From the NCBI RefSeq assembly GCF_009914755.1, contig NC_060925.1: a DNA stretch of 64,000 bases. The stretch is one strand, 5' to 3'. Below the pieces are notes generated by a model. It saw nothing but the letters and a program-made list of their open reading frames with translations, was not told where the DNA came from and made no database searches. The translations under genes and the position numbers were made by a program. Each line of letters begins with the position of its first letter. Position 1 is the first letter of the stretch. The stretch is from the human T2T-CHM13v2.0 reference genome, Homo sapiens. Of this stretch, positions 56,336 to 64,000 are shown piece after piece.

Positions 56336-58307
56336 TTTTTTAAGTGGAAAAGATAAAAGCATCTGGATGCTGGCTATCGTGTCCATTTACCAGACGTCAT
56401 TTCTACAGGGCTACTGCTAGCCTTTATTGGTATCTTTGTGCAACTTAGGAAACGACCACTCTTCCTCAAGGCATTTACTGCTATTGGCCAGTAAATATAA
56501 ATCTACAATGCCTAGGATGTAGCAAGTGCCTCTTTGATGGTGTCCTTGTGCGGTGTACAACATGTACAACTTTATGAAATGGACTTGGGTCTCTGGTTCA
56601 AGCTCATCTTTGTTCAGTGTTATCAAGGAAAGGATTTTTTTTTGTTATTGTTTTTTGCAAGCACCGTTTTGTTCTTTCAAGAACTTTATGGCAATGCAAT
56701 TTTACAATCCGGTGGGATACACAAAGCGCTCTTCTAGCTAATATTTCTCTTGCTCATTTTAGCATGCGGTATCCCTGAGGTAGAATTAAGTACTTCGTGA
56801 GATGTTATGTAGTATTAAAAATGTTTAAGAGGGCTGGCTGGCTGCTGAGGCAGGAAGTTCCATGGCATACCCCTGCTGTGGCTAGCACCACTGGGGCTCT
56901 AGACCTCATCTTGGCTAAGTCTAGAACTTGATTGACCATAATTAATTAGATTCAGTGAAATAGACCCACATTAACAAAAGTTCAAAAGGTGTGATATAAA
57001 TCAGAATATCTGTTTATTAATCTTTCATTAGCACTGCTAAATGAACCAGAGTGCTCCTGTTAGCACCTATTCTCTCCGCACTAGGCAGGTAGCTTTGAAG
57101 CCAGGAGGTTGTGTGGTTTGCAGAGTGAGGCGGATGATCCTAATGGTTGGTGACATTCTCATCTTATTCTGTTCCACCCATCACTACTCCAGGGAGAAAC
57201 CTGCCAGGTGGACCAAAACACTTGTGTCAACCGTGTCAACATTGCGCAATGCACATACTTACACATTCTTACTTGCTAGCTTATCTTCCCAGACTTCATA
57301 CTGGGGGAGGAAGGGAATACCATCCCAGTCAGCCTGAGCATCTGGGTCGACCCTAGTGATTAGTGGCATGACAGTTGAAGCAACCAGCTCACCTTGCATA
57401 CAAAGAATTTCAGGTACATAAATCTAACTCACATGGAGCACTTTCCATAGACTAGACAAAAGGATGAACCAACAATGGTTTCTGATCTTAAGTAGCTTAC
57501 AGTCTAGAAGGGACAGATTCAAACATTCCTTTCCCATTTTTATTAGTTTCCTGCTTTTAACTTATAACCTAGTAGGGCCAGATTTAAACATTCCTTGCTT
57601 GCTTCCACTAGTTGATACCTATAGATATATGGTGTGATTGAATCAGAGAAAGCCATAAAGTAAACTTCGACTTGGCTTGTGTCTGGACTATCACAAAATT
57701 CATATTATTGCATTTCTGTGTAAGTAAAGTTTCAGTGAGTTTCTTTCCTTGGGTGGTTGTATAACAGGACTGAACTATACCTGAACTCAATCCCTACATT
57801 TTATCAGATTGGATTGGATCTATTGGATCCTGCTGGATGTAGCCTTATCAGGTAGAAGCCTGCTGTTCAGTTCTGTATTTAGAGAAACAACAGAAACTTC
57901 CTGTGCGAATGGCAAAGTACCGAGAGAGAGGACATCATCTCTCCACCCTTCCTTTAATGCTGTAGGTCTGTGTGATTGGGATTGGCTTGTTGTTTGTTTG
58001 TTTGTCTGTTTTTTAAATCTGACACAGAACATGGAACTCTTAGTGCTGCTGCTTCAGGTTTCCGAAGCGCATCCTGCTCTGAACTTCGGCGATGCTGGTC
58101 TGTGAGCCCCCTGCTGTTCCTCAGGCGCCCCCAGCCACAACCACAGGGCCACTGTATTATCTTCTCACGTGCCTGGCATCAGGTCTGGAAACATAGTATC
58201 TAAAATTAAAGAGTTCTTTCCGTCCTGGAATTTTGAACTAACCTTTAGAGCTCAAATGAGGGCTGGATGATGACAGCAAAAGAATTAATCTGGGGAGTTG
58301 GATGCTC

Positions 58308-58333
58308 AAAAAAAAAAAAAAAAAAAAAAAAAA
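58308..58333. repeat. Isolated poly-A run (~26 nt)
   Basis: A run with no recognisable Alu body. Confidence 0.9.
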
Positions 58334-58806
58334 GACTTAAAGATCCCATCCCTTAAATATATTGGACCTGGAATGGAGATGATTTATGTATATTTTGGAT
58401 TTAAAAGAGTTTTGTAAAGAAATTTTTTTTCCACGACTTTTTGGTTTAATTGCCTGGCATGGTGGGAAATCCCAACACAACAGCGTGGAACTGGGGCATG
58501 AAAAGCAGCAAGTGAAACGGATTTATGAAGCCCATAAATAAAAATGAAACTCATTTCATTGTCCAAATTGAGTGGAAAGGCACAATCTATCCCAATTCAG
58601 ATAAATGGCAGAATGGGACATGCATAGGGGAAAGTTCTTTCCATTTTAATAAGGCAAGATAATGGGTGTAGCATAACTGAAGAATTTCAGAAAAAGGGAC
58701 ATTTCATTTTGGCAGACTTGACCAAGGAGGCATGTTACTTCTATCTACTCTATGAGGAAAATGTGCTTTTCCAAAAAGAATTACAATAAACTGCATATTT
58801 AAATCA

Positions 58807-59225
<419 letters not shown>

Positions 59226-60895
59226 GAATCAATCGGTCATGCCTCAATGGGCATTTTCCTGTAAAGGCAATAGCAGTGAAAGGGATGAGAGGCAAAGGCC
59301 AACGTGAGCCACGTTAGGCAGTAGATCTTCCTGCTTCTGGAATTTGGGGTTGCCAGTTGCCAACCTTTTACTGTTCTCTCCTGAGATGCACATTGGTACT
59401 TAACTGTTCTTTGAAGGCTGTTTATTTCTGTACAAATGGATAGGTAAGACTGAGGTGAGGGCCAGCAGTGAACAGCTATATTTTTAAAAGGCGGGGAGGA
59501 AGGAACGATACGGGGTGCCTGCACGTTGGGTGGCAGGATGTTTGTGTTCTGTGGCTCCTCAGTGATGTGGAAGCCTCTGCTTCTGACTCCACATTGATTT
59601 CCAGCCCTTCCTTTTCTGGTATGTCAATTCAGCCTATTCTCTTTCCAAACTAAATTCCTAGGGCTTTTGTTGTTGTTGTTGTTGTTTTGTTTTTGTTTTT
59701 TAGATTTTTGTTTGTAATTTTTTGCTGTTCCACTTTCAGTCTTTTCCTAGGTCTAGTTGTGACAAGGGCAGACATGCAAGCTGGTTGCTCCAAAGTAAGA
59801 GCCTGGTCACTAGTCAAGAAACAGGAAAACCATGGGGTGCGTGAGGGACCCAAACGCAGGCATGAACTTATTGGTAGGACACGAAAACCCACTTCTCATT
59901 CACTTAAACATTTGACCACCTGTCTTGTACTTATCCTGTTAGGCAGCGTAGATGATTCAAAGATAAATTAGACCTGGGCCCCCTCACCCTTCAGTAATCT
60001 CACTGCAAATGGCAGTGTTTACCTCCTCCTTCAATTTCCACCAGGACTCCCGGCCACGCCAAGAAACACTTAACCTAAGTAAAAATGGGATGTTTGCCTT
60101 GCAAATGTGGCTTCCAGGCAAGTTCTTTAAGCCCTTTCCAGCTAGATTGCTCCCTAAGCCTGGCTTAAATAGCAACTCTGAAGCTACCACAGCTTTACCA
60201 GTATACACTGAAAAGGTACTCCGGCAACTAAAAGGCCACATAATCAAACCATTCACTTCATCCATCTCTCTAGTCATGTATGATGCAGGGCTTAAATTCA
60301 GGCTAAGAAGAAGGGTAGATTCCTTCCAACTTCTTTGTGTGAGGTTCTGGAAGCATCCTACCACCTTTTTATACTTTGAGGAGAAACCGCCCCTCTCTGC
60401 AAGAGGATGAAATCTCTTCACCTGCTGCCTCTCGCACTTTATTTTCAAGAATTGACCTTACAGCATCTTCGCTAACTTGATTCTTTGAAACATTTCTGAT
60501 GCAAACACCTGGAATTGATCTTTCTTGTTTGGTGTTCTGTCCTTGGATCCTTAAAGACTGTGACTGCACAGCGTTCCTTGCGTGGTGAGAAGTTGACTAA
60601 TTAATTGACCACAATGGGAGGTGCTTTTCTGTCAGGTAAAGAAAAATATGTGTCAGTGAAATGGGGAGGAATCTGCACTGAAAATTGGAGCCCAGAGAGA
60701 CCAAAGTCAGCGTGTTTGCAGCACTGCATAAGGAAGAAAGGCTCTGTGTGTGGGAGTCCGAGTGAGTTGCTAACAATAAAGAGGTGTAGTGGGGATATTC
60801 CTTGGGGCAGAATCCTCCCACACCATTCTGCTTCCCTCTTCTGATTTTGTGTTCACCAAGGAGACTTCTGATTAGTAACCCAGCTTCCTTTCTTA

Positions 60896-61358
<463 letters not shown>

Positions 61359-62649
61359 AAACATGTTGACATTGGAAAGATCATGTTGATAGGAAGCCTG
61401 GGAACTCCAAGCTCCAGCAAGGGAATATCTGAACCCCTACATTATAAATTAGTAAATTAATATGCTGATTTATTGTTTAATCGTATGTGAATTTGGTTAC
61501 AAAAAGGTCATCACTAAGAAAATCCAGTGTCTGAGTAGTAAGGTTGAGCATCTGGGCCCCGTTGCTTCAAGGTGCTTGAGAAACCCTTTCCTGTGACACC
61601 CCTCCTGGCATCTTCATAGGTGCCTCTCCAAAGTCCAGCACATTTCACATTACCTTCCACTCCAGGAGGAGACCGTGCATCACACTGTGTGCTGGTTAGG
61701 TTGAGGGTTTTTAAAGATTTTATATATTTTTTTCTCCTTACCACTTATGATAGACAGTGATTTTCTAAAAGGAAGTGGAATAGAGGCGGTAGGATTATGC
61801 AAATTCACATAATTATTAAGAAACAAAGGAAGAACTGCAGGCCCTCTTAAACTATGATCGGGTAATTGTTCTGATTTGTTGGTGTAGACTTGAATAACAC
61901 CTCTCTGGCCAATGAGGGCTCCCCCACAATGTTTCCTACAAAAGGAGAAAAAGAAAGAAAGTCACTGTTAAAATCAGGCAGACCTCCTCTTTGAATCACT
62001 CTGACATGGATGAGGGAAAAACCCAGAAGGAAAAAAATGTGAAAAGTTTACTTCAGGTTTAGAATTTCTAATTCCACCACTTTTGTGTGTGTATGTGTGT
62101 GTTGTTGTTTGATAGACATGACAGCATCTCCTCATTATTATGGAAAATATAGGGTTGGTGGTAATTACTATCTGAATATGAATGGGAGCAGAAGTGGGCA
62201 TAGCCTGCACTGGCCTTTCTTTGACAAGGTATAACTTTCTTCTGAATTTCTGTGTTAATTAATGCTTATTTAAAAACCACTTTAATTGGTAGTAAACACC
62301 TCAACTTTTTGTACTCATTAAAATGCAGCCATTGATGTGTGATGGATTTTTTTTAAAGCTTAATTAACTTTCCTTCTGTATATATAACCTATAATAATGA
62401 CAAACATATTGGGAAAAAATTACCCCTGCTTTTTCCCCCTTTCTCTCTACCCCCATTATAAAGACATTTTTAGCTGTGGATGCCTCACTTTGTTAGGATC
62501 AGATGCCATTAATTTGGCATTTTTGAGAAGAGTAGGTGGCAGGAAATCAAAGCTTTTTGAGACATTGGTCATTTCTAAACCAAATACTCACATATCTGCT
62601 GGGGAAATAGGCTATTTTTCTTTTTTCCTTTTTTTAAAGTAAAGTTTCC

Positions 62650-62747
62650 TGCTTGAGCCCAGGAGTTTGAGGCTGCAGTGAGCTATGACTGCACCACTGC
62701 ATTCCAGCCTGGGTGACAGAACGAGATGCTGTCTTGAAAAGAAAAGA
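62650..62747 (+). mobile_element. Alu 3' fragment (AluJ-like)
   Basis: gcttgagcccaggagtttgaggctgcagtgagctatga...agcctgggtgacaga. Confidence 0.88.
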
Positions 62748-62796
62748 ACAAGTTTAAAGAAACTGTACCCCAGGTGACTCAAGTCTTCATAGGTGC

Positions 62797-62853
62797 CTTC
62801 TTGGAAAATATCAAATTTTAAAGTATCTTCTTGGAAAATATCAAATTTTAAAG
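62797..62853. repeat. 30-bp-period tandem duplication
   Basis: cttcttggaaaatatcaaattttaaag at 62797-62823 and 62827-62853. Confidence 0.92.
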
Positions 62854-63074
62854 ATCTTGGAAATCTTTTCTTGGAGTTGGTTATAATTATGTAGGAACTG
62901 AGTAATGCATCCTTCTTCTTTTTCATTAGGTGATACTATTAAGATACCATAACTACCTTAGAGAAAATTTGGAAAATAGGAAACAATTCTTAATAATCTA
63001 ACTACCGTAACACAATGACAGTTTTTAATTTTTCATAATCTCCTTGCATTCTTTGTTTATACTGAGCTTGAAAT

Positions 63075-63580
63075 TGCTAACCAGTAAAACCACAGCTGGT
63101 GTGGAAGGAAAGCGACCCGAGCACCATTAAACAGCAGAGCACTTTATTCAGATGCCACAGCATGAGAAGACCTTGAGAGAGTGCTCTGCCTTGGGGAAGA
63201 AGGGCAACATTTTTATAGACCTTTAGCAAGAAAAGTCCGCTGAAGCTCAGCTAATTTTGATAACAGTTGATCAAAGATGGTTCTCACAAGAGGAAGAATT
63301 GATCTTGTAGTTTACCATCCATTGGATGAGAAATCTGAGTTTTGCCAAGGAGGGTGGGAGAAACAGCTGCAAGGGGTCACAGCAGAACATTGTCAGTCAT
63401 TTAGGGCCTCTTATCTCTTGGTCAATAGAGAGGCCAAGTCTCATAATTTGATCAGATTTTGGTTTGTTCGCTCCTCCAAATACATAACTGATGTCAGTTG
63501 CAGACTCAGGCTCATTGGCAATGACTCCTATTGGATGTGCTGGTGATTTTTGCCTTCATAGCTGAATTTCAGTCATTTTT
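63075..63580 (-). mobile_element. Possible old ERV LTR (family not identified)
   Basis: Reverse poly(A) signal (actttattca, ~63141) and reverse TATA-like tttttatag (~63209) in LTR-like spacing. Confidence 0.35.
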
Positions 63581-64000
63581 GAGTGAGTAGCTGACCAGAG
63601 CATTTAAGACTCTGGAGAGAGCACAGTCAGTGACTGTGGGACAACACCTATTAAAAGAATTACCAGAAGGCCTTGGATAATGCCCATATTCCTAGATAGA
63701 TCCTGCCCTACCTAGGATCAGCCAGAACAGTTCCATGCCCAACCCAAAGAGAAGAGAAGTTTGTTATTAGTAAACTCACCTAGCAATTTGTTCATCTTCT
63801 TGACTTACCAAGGTTTCATCTCTGATATCCAGGATAGCATAGTTACAGGAAAGAATTTTAAGAATCTTACTTGTTAAAATAAGATTCTTCTTTTTTCAAA
63901 AACGCTTCTTCTCCTTCTTTTCAAAATTATTCTTTCTCCTCCTCTTCAAAACTATCTTTTTGAAGGCATTGGTTTAGTGCTAAACCAATGGAGAAGGGAA

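Noticed and set aside
59984-60448. Overlapping antiparallel 154-aa and 133-aa ORFs
   Set aside because: No recognisable domain, splice context or retrocopy hallmarks; compatible with chance. Ribo-seq or PhyloCSF would be needed to revive it.
61611-62798. 15-nt direct match tcttcataggtgcct at 61611 and 62784
   Set aside because: A few 15-mer matches are expected by chance in 64 kb, and the match does not extend.

Overview
Primate genomic DNA, almost certainly human (dense Alu/L1/MIR/L2 content). The window holds the 3' half of RPS6KC1 on the + strand: six GT-AG coding exons (1207-1339, 9787-11382, 11654-11743, 30638-30720, 31801-31896, 41589-41699) that splice in frame into the last 702 aa of a split, degenerate AGC-like (pseudo)kinase domain. 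A ~0.85 kb 3'UTR with AATAAA at 42510 follows. The rest is intron and ~21 kb of downstream non-coding DNA. It contains about 20 Alu pieces (nested, three-arm, inverted pairs and a young AluYg6-like copy), two old L1s, a 5'-inverted L1PA, MER1B, MER30, MER5A, two MLT1A-type LTRs, MIR/L2 relics and a probable AmnSINE1 relic. Nearly all short ORFs in the ORF track are spurious or repeat-derived. I found no new multi-gene system. The best leads are the ancient SINE relic, motif-dense enhancer-like blocks (PBX-HOX/MEIS, CTCF), the ~480-aa kinase insert with a DSGxxS degron, Alu pairs that could drive circRNA or editing, and a perfect 15-bp hairpin. Gene and repeat-family names come from recalled sequences, not from database searches.
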